NCBI GenBank assembly: GCA_002171315.2
Contig: NHFS02000013.1
Coordinates: 1,062-65,061 of the forward strand
Source: Euryarchaeota archaeon TMED117
GTDB taxonomy: Archaea > Thermoplasmatota > Poseidoniia > Poseidoniales > Poseidoniaceae
Direction of reading: 5' to 3'
Length of the DNA stretch: 64,000 bases
The notes below the pieces were generated by a model. The model saw only the letters and a program-made list of their open reading frames with translations. It searched no databases and was not told the origin of the DNA. This document shows positions 10,301-18,013 of this stretch, piece after piece. A program made the translations under genes and the position numbers. The first letter of the stretch is position 1, and each line of letters begins with the position of its first letter.

Positions 10301-11726
10301 TTTCGAAGTTTGGGCGAGTGACAGTGATTATTGTGATGATGAGCAAGATATCTGTGTTATTCAAACAAGAACAGTGATCGTTGTAAATGATAACATCATT
10401 CCAATCGTCGATTTACTTGAGCCAGATGGTACAGAAACAGTTCGTGCAAGTACGAACACGACCTTGATTGGATTTGCAAGCGATGGTGCTGATGGAACGA
10501 TTACTCGTGTAGAAATTGTCATCACGGACCTTGCAAGTGGATTGATTCTCAACAATGGTCCTGGGCCTGTAACCGATTTCACTAAGACCGGGCCTGGATA
10601 TTCATGGACTGCATTGTGGGATACCAGTAAACTCGACCACGAAGGACAGTATGAAATAAGTGTCAAAGCCTACGATGGTGAAGATTATTCAGTTTCTGAC
10701 GTAGTTCGAATCACCATTGATAAGCCAACAGATGAGAACAATATCCCTCCACAATTCGACAGAACAAACTGGAAGAATACGGTTACAATCTTCTGTGTTA
10801 AGGATTCATCATCTGAAAACCAATGTGGCGGCGGCGCTTCTATTGATTTGAAGGAATTCTTCTCAGATCCCGATGGTGGATTTGATGAACTGAGTATCGA
10901 TTTCGTCGATGACCTAACAATCATTGACGACAATTTCCATCCCGTCTATGTCGTCATTGACAGTAATGGTGTTGCCAGATACGATCCAGCAACATCGCGA
11001 ACAGATGAAGCAATTGAGGAATGGACTCTTGAAAACGTTCGTTTCGTTGTTCGAGATACTCAAGATTCAGTAATTTACTCAGAGGGTGTTACATTCTTTG
11101 TTCAATCGATTGAATTCAATGCTCAAAGAATGGATGCTGGTGAGTCTGTTACTGCCAATGATCCTGCAGTCTTTAACGGAACTGGATTGCCTGGAAGCAG
11201 AATTGAAGCACGTACTGTTTCGAGTTCAACATTCGTAAAATCTGTTGTTGTAGGTGACAATGGTATCTGGTCGATGGAACTTACCTTGCAAGACATGAAT
11301 GATGCTTCAAATGAAATCAAGTTTGAAATGGATGGCCAAACCTTCGGAGGTACAAACGATCCAACTGCATTCAATGTCGCAGTTGGTGCTGATGATGATG
11401 GCGGTAATCTAATCCTCATCATCGGATTGGTCATTGCAGCTCTTGTTCTACTTGGGGCGATTGGATTCTTCTTTATTGAACTTGAAGATATTGAAGATGA
11501 GGCATTTGAAACTGAAAATCAACAAGTCGTTGAAGAAGATCCATATGCATGGGGTCGTAAAGACGTCGCAGAGATTCCTGCAGCACAGCAACCTCAACAG
11601 GTTGTTCAACAACCAGAAGCTCAGCCTGAGGCGGCTCAAGCCTCTGCTCAGCACCCTGGATGGCTGTGGGACCAAGAATCAAATCAATGGGTCCCTGATC
11701 CAAATTACCAACCACCTTCACAATAA
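7386..11726 (+). CDS. giant surface protein: signal peptide, parallel beta-helix (PbH1) repeats, Ig-like modules, C-terminal TM anchor and Trp-rich tail
   Basis: N-terminal signal-like VGLVGLLLTSLLMGLMTVPAVSA. PbH1-type repeats include LYVDNNQITTGDGAGITAYDGSIISATGNTISGAAQGSGFGIRDS, VEIENNTVTNTAKEPIKVG and IVGNTVTGNAGDGIRIKGSIVNVQDNII. There is a Cys-bounded acidic motif CSDGYDNDGDTYVDDEDTDC (9522-9581). The TM helix LILIIGLVIAALVLLGAIGFFFI is followed by an acidic segment, a Gln/Pro-rich segment and then HPGWLWDQESNQWVPDPNY. Confidence 0.85.
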   Translation: MRFTNTGKSVGLVGLLLTSLLMGLMTVPAVSAVNETSNGTITTTETWSGTHTVTGDVTVAEGAKLVINAGTTVNIKAGAFIEVEGAICAGSASCGASQASASSPVRFNWASPADTSVVGRCSVQGNNLLNNPDAACGSGVIIRNTINQASTGLSFVQFDKAYGTPVYVTSLQVFKYAALIFDGSSLTADNLGFSDINTTNVIAIDLAAPSIRDSTFTLGIDGLGYNGPGVEAFSAGAGILSKFSITGSEFTGDADASCEDGISLIYSEDSFIELDNLDIKDNAQGVFLRGSSGSFGNSTLDVKCNGIDTNSHKMTGDYSHTLYVDNNQITTGDGAGITAYDGSIISATGNTISGAAQGSGFGIRDSAVSAHQNTIGPITGYNGFWVFGNSDVEIENNTVTNTAKEPIKVGEYLYQDSGSNYPSPSPNRAYIANNIVANNTGVCNSVWMYGGDFQCPAIHIFMASATIVGNTVTGNAGDGIRIKGSIVNVQDNIIEAGQFAANISHFDNKYGSKFGSIGYFSGNTWTNATQIYNISESRVTVQSEYIPDAQGGYTHPVMLSWQGAECPYVQSECLLLPDTSIMPPRDMPLAIELVNNSTVFSFADLQNFDATKVHVQNQNSAWGTQVREGELVRYQVKAKNSNVAGATVIIKDATGLPIYELTTDEFGFTQQVSLPSDFLLDRNWNHFVGESDVTIPGALDDDGNPIVVTEDTCSDGYDNDGDTYVDDEDTDCVNGRELPFYIVEAYKFNKGKKDFNFVLSGPVDDIINLDNLRPGVTIEQYDGDSFAINAVITGSAWDGQLGGQTDYLAYQLQFGLVDRVEIQPPGSSDWYYAVDTSGANGELTKENHPFKSWSFQWDLSAHPEGESDVTFRIRSYDGLDYSPVEVRKFKLNLVPPTLYLNEPLDGSTHTNGNILFTGTASDPYSGTWGSDIQDVWFDVTGPNGYSSHFAIDGSVAWAYQWNFDELESGEYHFEVWASDSDYCDDEQDICVIQTRTVIVVNDNIIPIVDLLEPDGTETVRASTNTTLIGFASDGADGTITRVEIVITDLASGLILNNGPGPVTDFTKTGPGYSWTALWDTSKLDHEGQYEISVKAYDGEDYSVSDVVRITIDKPTDENNIPPQFDRTNWKNTVTIFCVKDSSSENQCGGGASIDLKEFFSDPDGGFDELSIDFVDDLTIIDDNFHPVYVVIDSNGVARYDPATSRTDEAIEEWTLENVRFVVRDTQDSVIYSEGVTFFVQSIEFNAQRMDAGESVTANDPAVFNGTGLPGSRIEARTVSSSTFVKSVVVGDNGIWSMELTLQDMNDASNEIKFEMDGQTFGGTNDPTAFNVAVGADDDGGNLILIIGLVIAALVLLGAIGFFFIELEDIEDEAFETENQQVVEEDPYAWGRKDVAEIPAAQQPQQVVQQPEAQPEAAQASAQHPGWLWDQESNQWVPDPNYQPPSQ
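11652..11708 (+). other. C-terminal Trp-rich tail motif (variant): HPGWLWDQESNQWVPDPNY
   Basis: It lies within the last 24 residues of the 7386-11726 product, after the TM helix and a Q/P-rich linker. It resembles the tails at 30095-30148 and 60425-60478. Confidence 0.6.
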
Positions 11727-11733
11727 ACGGTGA

Positions 11734-14256
11734 GTGGATAAGATGATTGCCAAACCTGGGGTACAGGAAAAAATCCTGTTGCATCTGCTTGATTATGCAG
11801 ATTTCAAAGAAAAAGTGGAGGTTCCATTTTCGCTTTCACAAATGGGAATTGCAAACGCTGTAGCAATTGCACGTTCAAATGTCCCTCGTGCAATATCAGG
11901 ATTAAGAGATCAAGGCCTACTTGTTGAACGACAAGCTCACGTACATGGTGTTAGTCGAAAACGGAAAGCGTATTTTTTGACTGACTCAGGAATTATAGCA
12001 GCAGAAGAAACATGGGAACGTCTTCGTCAATTCCAATTTCGATGCATTGGGTCTGATGGTGAGGCGTTGAGCACCACTTTAGGGGCTGCTCATGAAGTCC
12101 TACCATTTGCAATGAGACCAGTTGATATTATTCGTTATCTTGATGATAATTTAATCCTCGATGTTCGCCCACTGACAGAAGATCTCATCGAGCGTGATTT
12201 ATCGAAGCAAGTTGAGAAACAGTTGGTGACATCTCTTGGTGACCTTCCAAGATTACGTCATTTCTATGGTCGTGAAAAAGAACTCGATAACATGGTCAAT
12301 CTACTTGAGGCGAGAGCTACAACTCTACTCGTCCCAGGTATAGCAGGCATTGGTAAAACAACAATTGCCGCTAAATTGATTGAACGATTTATGCATAGAA
12401 GAAATCTATTGTACCATCGTTGTCAAGATTGGGAAGGTTCTCGTGCCATGTTTGAGGCCATTGCAGACTGGTTACTCAACATCGGTGACTCCTCATTTTC
12501 AGATTATCTGGCAGCAACTCCTGTTCCAAAACCCGATGATGCAGCACGAATTTTAGTTGATTCATTAGAAAATACTCTTACATTAATTGTGATCGATGAT
12601 TTTCATAAAGTCTCAGATCCCATTTTATTCCAAACCATTCAATCGATGACGCTTGGTTTGTTGGGTAGTGAAGAGTCAATTGGACTCGTCATTTTCTCAC
12701 GCTCATTCAGACCGGTTGTTCCAACAAAAGATGCAGAAGGAAGAATTACCAGTTTGGTATTGCCACTTGATGGTCTAGATTCAGAATCTGCACGGCATAT
12801 ACTTTCAGGTTTTGATGACCTTTCTACTGAGCAATGGCTTCACATTCACGGTTTATCCCGAGGACATCCATTGGTCTTGGAATTAATTAACAGAGGCGCT
12901 TCAGCAGGAGCATTTCACGACACACTCGAGCATTATGTTACCAAGGAAATCTTCTCGAAACTTACAGCAGAGCAAAAGCGAGTATTGACCGTACTCTCAA
13001 TCTTCAGGGAATCTGTAACGCTCGAAGCATTACTTGCCCACGAACTCGACGTTGATGTCTTGGATAGTTTAGTCGAACAAGGTCTGGCGAGGCAAGTTGA
13101 CACCGATGTATTTGACGTACACGATTTGATCCGTGAATTTTTGCTTCAAAGTTTAGACGAGCCAACCAAGAAAGAAGTTCACAACAGTTGTGCAGCATAT
13201 TATGCAAAACAAGCAAAGAGTTCAGAAGCTACATTGGAGCAAATTTACCATGAACTTGCATCAGACCATCAACAAGAAGCAATCTCTAAGATTGTGGAAT
13301 TTGGTCGTGATATTGTTTCCCAAGGTCACCTTGAACTTCTCAGTCTCATCGAGGAAGTAAATACGGACGGACTCAAACCAAAGACACTGGCTCCAATGCT
13401 TCAACTTCAAGGTGACATACTGCTCATGTTAGGACGATTTGAGCAAGCTTCAACAATTTTCGAGCATGCAAGTTCAGCCTCACAATCAGCAGGATCAGAA
13501 GTTATTTTCTCAGAAATTCTCGGGTCTCAGGCTGATATCGCTATGAAACAAGGCAAAACCGATTCTGCTCTTGAATCCCATAAACAAGCACTTGAAGTTC
13601 AAGTGAAATTAGGTGATTCGAAAGGGGCTGCTCGAACGTACAATAATATGGGTTATTTGTATCGTAGAAAGAATGACAAATCAAAGGCATTAGCAGCATA
13701 TTCAGAGGTCGAAGCGATTCTCTCAAACGATCATTCTCTACTTAGTGCTCAGATTATTTTGGGTAGAGCATTGCTTGATCTTGGCGAAGTCGAGCGAGCC
13801 AGAAAACATGCATTCGAGGCATTTGAACGAACCGATGAAGCTGAGGATTTGTTACTTCATGCACGTGCTCAAGCACTCCTAGGAAGATATCATGCCAAAA
13901 TGAATGATTCCGAAACGTCTCTTCATCATTATTCGGAGTCACTAAACGTGATGTCTGATGCAGGAGACCCTGTTTCTTTGGTTGAAATCACAATCTTGTT
14001 GGGAGAGGTTTTGGAAGATAGTGGTCGCAGTGAAGAAGCTCTGGAACGCTATCGAGAAGCACTCATTATCGCAGAAGCAAACGATTTGCGCATGCAAATT
14101 GGTGAATTGTTGTCTAAACTTGGTGGTGTTGCACCAGATCGTCAGCGTAGAATGGAATACTTACAGCGAGCCCTAGCAGTGTTTAGAGAATTAGGAGCGC
14201 GAACACGAATGCGAGAAGTACAAGCTCAGGTTCATGCTGCTGTCATGGGGCGTTAG
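11734..14256 (+). CDS. wHTH - STAND/NB-ARC-like P-loop NTPase - TPR protein (putative signal-transducing transcription regulator)
   Basis: The N-terminal winged-helix-like segment is FSLSQMGIANAVAIARSNVPRAISGLRDQGLLVERQ...RKRKAYFLTDSG. Walker A is LLVPGIAGIGKTTIAAKL and Walker B-like is TLIVIDDFHKV. The C-terminal third carries TPR-like repeats, e.g. AARTYNNMGYLYRRKNDKSKALAAYSEV and EEALERYREALIIAE. The start is GTG 11734 or ATG 11743, only 7-16 nt after the preceding stop. Confidence 0.8.
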   Translation: MDKMIAKPGVQEKILLHLLDYADFKEKVEVPFSLSQMGIANAVAIARSNVPRAISGLRDQGLLVERQAHVHGVSRKRKAYFLTDSGIIAAEETWERLRQFQFRCIGSDGEALSTTLGAAHEVLPFAMRPVDIIRYLDDNLILDVRPLTEDLIERDLSKQVEKQLVTSLGDLPRLRHFYGREKELDNMVNLLEARATTLLVPGIAGIGKTTIAAKLIERFMHRRNLLYHRCQDWEGSRAMFEAIADWLLNIGDSSFSDYLAATPVPKPDDAARILVDSLENTLTLIVIDDFHKVSDPILFQTIQSMTLGLLGSEESIGLVIFSRSFRPVVPTKDAEGRITSLVLPLDGLDSESARHILSGFDDLSTEQWLHIHGLSRGHPLVLELINRGASAGAFHDTLEHYVTKEIFSKLTAEQKRVLTVLSIFRESVTLEALLAHELDVDVLDSLVEQGLARQVDTDVFDVHDLIREFLLQSLDEPTKKEVHNSCAAYYAKQAKSSEATLEQIYHELASDHQQEAISKIVEFGRDIVSQGHLELLSLIEEVNTDGLKPKTLAPMLQLQGDILLMLGRFEQASTIFEHASSASQSAGSEVIFSEILGSQADIAMKQGKTDSALESHKQALEVQVKLGDSKGAARTYNNMGYLYRRKNDKSKALAAYSEVEAILSNDHSLLSAQIILGRALLDLGEVERARKHAFEAFERTDEAEDLLLHARAQALLGRYHAKMNDSETSLHHYSESLNVMSDAGDPVSLVEITILLGEVLEDSGRSEEALERYREALIIAEANDLRMQIGELLSKLGGVAPDRQRRMEYLQRALAVFRELGARTRMREVQAQVHAAVMGR

Positions 14257-14723
14257 AACATCGGACGGTCCAGTTCAAGAGAAATTTTACCTTCATGGTG
14301 AACAACCCAAATGTATTCGACACCGGCGAGTTCAACCGTCCCTGTATGGGGCGCTCCACCAGTACCAGACAGTGATCGTTCCGTATCGAGCTCCCCTCCA
14401 GCATCGTACAAAATCAACTGAGTATCTGTCAGTTCAAGAGTGAATTGAGATTCATCAGCTTCTGTTGCTCTCCAGTAGACTCTTTCCGCATAGGAAGTGT
14501 TGTCAATACGGCTTGCAGAATCTGTTCGTTCAATGGCAGATGCTAGATCGTTCATATTAGCATCAATTGCTTCTTCGTTCCAACGCTCTCGAGTTGCAGT
14601 TTCAATATCATATATCCATAGACTAAACATTGTGAGCAGTAAGACTCCAAGCAAAAATGTGAACACGTATCCCAGTTCAGTTGCAGCAGCCTCAGTCCTG
14701 CGTTGGAGTTGCGATTGTCTCAA
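14253..14723 (-). CDS. class III signal peptide (archaeal type IV pilin-like) protein, small
   Basis: The N-terminus MRQSQLQRRTEAAATELGYVFTFLLGVLLLTMFSLWIY has a short charged head followed by a hydrophobic stretch of more than 20 residues, as in archaeal prepilins. Its start overlaps the upstream stop by 4 nt (14720-14723). Confidence 0.65.
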   Translation of the reverse strand: MRQSQLQRRTEAAATELGYVFTFLLGVLLLTMFSLWIYDIETATRERWNEEAIDANMNDLASAIERTDSASRIDNTSYAERVYWRATEADESQFTLELTDTQLILYDAGGELDTERSLSGTGGAPHTGTVELAGVEYIWVVHHEGKISLELDRPMF

Positions 14724-16909
14724 CCAATCACCTCCGCTACGTATGCATCAAGTGATGAAATTTGTAACGAAAATTGAATTGGTTCACCAGCGGTATGCCA
14801 TATCGATTCTGATGTTCCAAAACCTGGATCAGGGACCCAGCCGACATAATCGGATAAGAGGTCAAGCCTGCCTGGATATATTGTCCAATCAAGACTTGAC
14901 TCGAGCCCATCTGTTGAAGTTAAAGCAATTGCTTCACCGTAAGGTTCAGCCCATCCTCTACGAACTTCGTATGCAATATCACTTGCGAGGCTGGTTCTTT
15001 TTGAGAGTGTTACTTCCATAGATAATTTGCCGCTACCAGTTGCAGAGTCTGAGGTTGGGTGGAGCGATGGAATAGTAGCAGCAAACCGAGGGCCGGGGCC
15101 TCCACGATCTGCTGGAGATACAATCACTGTTGGATTAAATTCTGGATGATTGGTCACGACAGCTCCGCCAGTCATTGCAACCTCCATTCCAGTGACAGAG
15201 GATTCAAAGGAGTAGGTAAATCGAGAAATTTGCATAATCCATGCACTTCCAATTGGGGTATAGGGCTCCTCAACAACCATACCATACATTTGCATATGGA
15301 CACTCGCTGGATAACTTCCTGTTTGCCACGCTGTTTGCATGTCAATGATACTTCGTCCACCCATGCTTTCCCATGGCATTTTCAAATCGACCCATCCAGA
15401 AGCAGTAACATCCACGGAGACACATCTTCGCTGACCATCATGCATGGCTTGAATAAGACCTCTTGTTCCATTCATTGCAGTGGTATACATTCCATATCCT
15501 TCGGTCGTATTCAGATATATGTCCTCATTTTCTACAGCCATTTCAAGAGACGCCCCTTGTTCAAGGACCGTGTTATTTGAAATCAAATTAGAGGCGTTTA
15601 AAATCGTCTGTGCTCCATTTGCTCGTACGTTAATATCAAGAGAATGAGTTGTACTTATTTGGAATTGCTTTCCTGATTCCATCCCTGTATCTGCTGCTCC
15701 GATTTGGAAAACCCCGTTTGTTTCGGCGTTGCTTTGCCATTGAATACCAATTGGCACATCAGAATTGAGAGATGCTGCTCCATCAATTCCTGATGGAGGC
15801 CATTGAACTCGATCAGAACTCATTGCTGCCACAGTAATACCGTTACCTCTCCAAGTTGCCGTTGCTGATACTGTGTTTGGATTCGTCAAAACGAGATACC
15901 CTGGTTGGGATGGGGGGATGAATGATGTTCCATGGAGAGCCCCACTGTCGCTTTTCCAAGCAGTTGCCCCTTCAATTGCATCCAGAGACACCATCAACTG
16001 TGCGTCTGCTGTCGTGGTAAGATGGACCACTTGAGGGCTTGCTAAGGTCAATGACTTAGACCAAGAAGTCTCAACATTAACCAATCCTGAAGGAACAGCA
16101 ACTTCTGTGAATGAACCAAATTGTCCGTTCCCGTTTACCATGATGAGTTGGTCAGAAACGATATTCAAGTTTACAATCCCCTGTGGCAAAGGAAGGGCCC
16201 ATGAACGGCCTTTACCGTTTGCACCTGCATCACTGGCTTGGATTTCAGATGAACCATTTCCATTTTTCAACCAATAGACTTCCAATTCTTGTGTAGATTC
16301 AATTTTGTAGTTATCGCCATCAAGATCCCATTGTGTAATGTCGTCTACAAATAATTCCGCTGTTTGAGCAAGAACTCCATCCTGGAGTAGATCTAACGTA
16401 ATCGGGCCGAGAGGGAAACTGAGGCCTGGTTTGGTGGTAAGTATTACTGAGTTGGCCCAAGATGGTGCGGTGTAATGGAACGGGCGGTCAGGCCCAAGTC
16501 GCATATCTGAGAAACAAACTGAACTTGTTGTAGATTCTGGGTGACGTAATTGGAGTTCATCATCGAAATCGATCACATCTCTTATTCGAAACGAGTGGCC
16601 TTCCTCCCATGTCGATGAATACCACATACCACTTCGCATAGCATCCCATTCAAGTGACCCGTCTACCGGTACGAATTCTTGAGTCACTACGTCTCCAGGC
16701 ATCCCTTTTTCTGCTAAAGTTGTGGTTTGTTGATTGAATTGGGTCATCTGTGCTGCCATATCATGACGCTCAACACTGCCTTCGAGTTCTTCGATAACTG
16801 GAATCATTGTGACCATCATGATGCTGATGATCGAAAGAACTCCTCCAAACAAGAGAACAGTTGCAATCGCAGCAGAAACTGCTTCTTCATTTCGCTGAAG
16901 TTCATTCAT
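14720..16909 (-). CDS. class III signal peptide (pilin-like) protein, very large (729 aa), beta-rich ectodomain
   Basis: The N-terminus is MNELQRNEEAVSAAIATVLLFGGVLSIISIMMVTMIPVI, with an AVS-x2-I motif followed by a hydrophobic helix. The start overlaps the upstream stop by 4 nt (16906-16909). There are no other TM segments. Confidence 0.65.
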   Translation of the reverse strand: MNELQRNEEAVSAAIATVLLFGGVLSIISIMMVTMIPVIEELEGSVERHDMAAQMTQFNQQTTTLAEKGMPGDVVTQEFVPVDGSLEWDAMRSGMWYSSTWEEGHSFRIRDVIDFDDELQLRHPESTTSSVCFSDMRLGPDRPFHYTAPSWANSVILTTKPGLSFPLGPITLDLLQDGVLAQTAELFVDDITQWDLDGDNYKIESTQELEVYWLKNGNGSSEIQASDAGANGKGRSWALPLPQGIVNLNIVSDQLIMVNGNGQFGSFTEVAVPSGLVNVETSWSKSLTLASPQVVHLTTTADAQLMVSLDAIEGATAWKSDSGALHGTSFIPPSQPGYLVLTNPNTVSATATWRGNGITVAAMSSDRVQWPPSGIDGAASLNSDVPIGIQWQSNAETNGVFQIGAADTGMESGKQFQISTTHSLDINVRANGAQTILNASNLISNNTVLEQGASLEMAVENEDIYLNTTEGYGMYTTAMNGTRGLIQAMHDGQRRCVSVDVTASGWVDLKMPWESMGGRSIIDMQTAWQTGSYPASVHMQMYGMVVEEPYTPIGSAWIMQISRFTYSFESSVTGMEVAMTGGAVVTNHPEFNPTVIVSPADRGGPGPRFAATIPSLHPTSDSATGSGKLSMEVTLSKRTSLASDIAYEVRRGWAEPYGEAIALTSTDGLESSLDWTIYPGRLDLLSDYVGWVPDPGFGTSESIWHTAGEPIQFSLQISSLDAYVAEVIG

Positions 16910-17946
16910 CCGTTGACCACCATCCGGCGAATATCAATCTCCAAAGAGAGTCCAACGTTTTGAGTTTCTACAGTAAATCCATCTATTCCGCTTGCCCTTT
17001 GATAGGGTGAGATGCCGATGAATTCATCAAGTGTACCTGAGGCTCGATTAAGTGTGTAATCGGTCAGCCAAATTTCATGATATTGGGGGTCTACGATTGA
17101 GTGCAATGTGTTTTTCACCATGACTCTCAAGTTGTATGCCTCTCCCGTAAAGAGTTGGATAGGTCCCATTGATTCAACTTTAAATCCAACATTTGGGCCA
17201 TTGCCTAGGGATTCGCTGAGTTGAACATCTGTAAGGACAAGGGAAAGTCTTGTTGTGCCATCAACAAGGGTGTCAAGACGTAGACGTGGTGCTTTTTCTA
17301 TTTCCCATGATGTGCTCGGATCTTTTGATATTCGTGCATCATTAATCAAAACAATTTGATTGAGGCCACCATCAATGTTGGTGCTAATGCTCAATCCGGA
17401 TAACACAAATCGAGCCCATCGGTGAACATGAGTGCCTCCTTCATTGTACATGTCCACTATCAAGTATGTTTCACTGGTTAAATTATGTTCAATTACAGTA
17501 GAATCAAACGTCGGTTCAACTGCGAACGATACCGAATTCGTAGGATTTGTGACCACAACTGATGTAACAGATTCATTCATTGAGATGTAGTGCAATGAAC
17601 TGCTATTGATCTCTTCCACTTGGACCACTTCATACGGCGTTAAATCCGCTGCAAGCACCCATTCTTCCACAAGTTGTACTGGATTGATTGAAGAAGCTTG
17701 TAATGAGAGGGCTTGGCGAGTTCCTGTTCCATTTGGAGCATCTCCCACAACGTCAAGTCGATCTTCAATACGATCGGCAATGTTGTTGGCACTGTTCCAA
17801 TTCGTATTGTCTTGGAAGGCGACAAGATACGGATTTAGAAATACGAAAACACCTCCCATGATGCTAACAACCATTGCCAACATCATGATAACCCCGAGGA
17901 TTTCGCTTACCCCATCATCCTCTTTATTTCGCTCTCGTCGCTGCAT
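16906..17946 (-). CDS. class III signal peptide (DUF1628-like archaeal pilin N-terminus) protein
   Basis: The N-terminus MQRRERNKEDDGVSEILGVIMMLAMVVSIMGGVFVFL closely resembles the archaeal pilin consensus (R/D)GVS-x-(V/I)-(I/L)-GV-(I/V)-L-(L/M)-V-A. The SD-like GAGGGGGG lies 6-13 nt upstream of the ATG. Confidence 0.7.
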   Translation of the reverse strand: MQRRERNKEDDGVSEILGVIMMLAMVVSIMGGVFVFLNPYLVAFQDNTNWNSANNIADRIEDRLDVVGDAPNGTGTRQALSLQASSINPVQLVEEWVLAADLTPYEVVQVEEINSSSLHYISMNESVTSVVVTNPTNSVSFAVEPTFDSTVIEHNLTSETYLIVDMYNEGGTHVHRWARFVLSGLSISTNIDGGLNQIVLINDARISKDPSTSWEIEKAPRLRLDTLVDGTTRLSLVLTDVQLSESLGNGPNVGFKVESMGPIQLFTGEAYNLRVMVKNTLHSIVDPQYHEIWLTDYTLNRASGTLDEFIGISPYQRASGIDGFTVETQNVGLSLEIDIRRMVVNG

Positions 17947-18013
17947 CGTCGTCCCCCCTCTTGTGTCTTGAGCATCTCGCCTGCATTTAGGGATTGACCT
18001 GCTGTTTATTGAT

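Noticed and set aside
11434-11784. Overlapping ORFs 11434-11733 (+), 11448-11675 (-) and 11473-11784 (-) across the end of the beta-helix giant gene
   Set aside because: They lie in alternative frames of the Gln/Pro/Glu-rich tail-coding region. Low-complexity sequence keeps several frames open. The main frame is supported by the TM helix and the conserved terminal motif.
11734-14256. The STAND-TPR protein as an Avs-like antiviral defence sensor
   Set aside because: Avs-type proteins carry an N-terminal effector such as a nuclease or protease. Here the N-terminus is a winged helix, and the neighbours are surface-protein genes, with no defence-island context (no RM, CRISPR, TA or integrase). 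A regulator role fits better, although defence cannot be formally excluded without profile searches.
14497-15580. Plus-strand ORFs of 173-174 aa (14497-15021 and 15059-15580) lying inside the 729-aa pilin-like gene
   Set aside because: They are entirely antisense to a long, translationally coupled ORF. Their translations are low-complexity and Ser/His/Cys-rich with no motifs. The same reasoning applies to the many 60-146-aa antisense or off-frame ORFs inside the giant genes, e.g. 2423-2863, 54023-54448, 54645-55061, 59488-59922 and 62101-62700.
14253-17946. The pilin-like triad as an archaellum (fla) locus
   Set aside because: There are no FlaB-type archaellin features beyond the signal peptide. 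No flaH/I/J or flaC-G set is nearby, and the gene sizes (346, 729 and 156 aa) do not fit archaellins.
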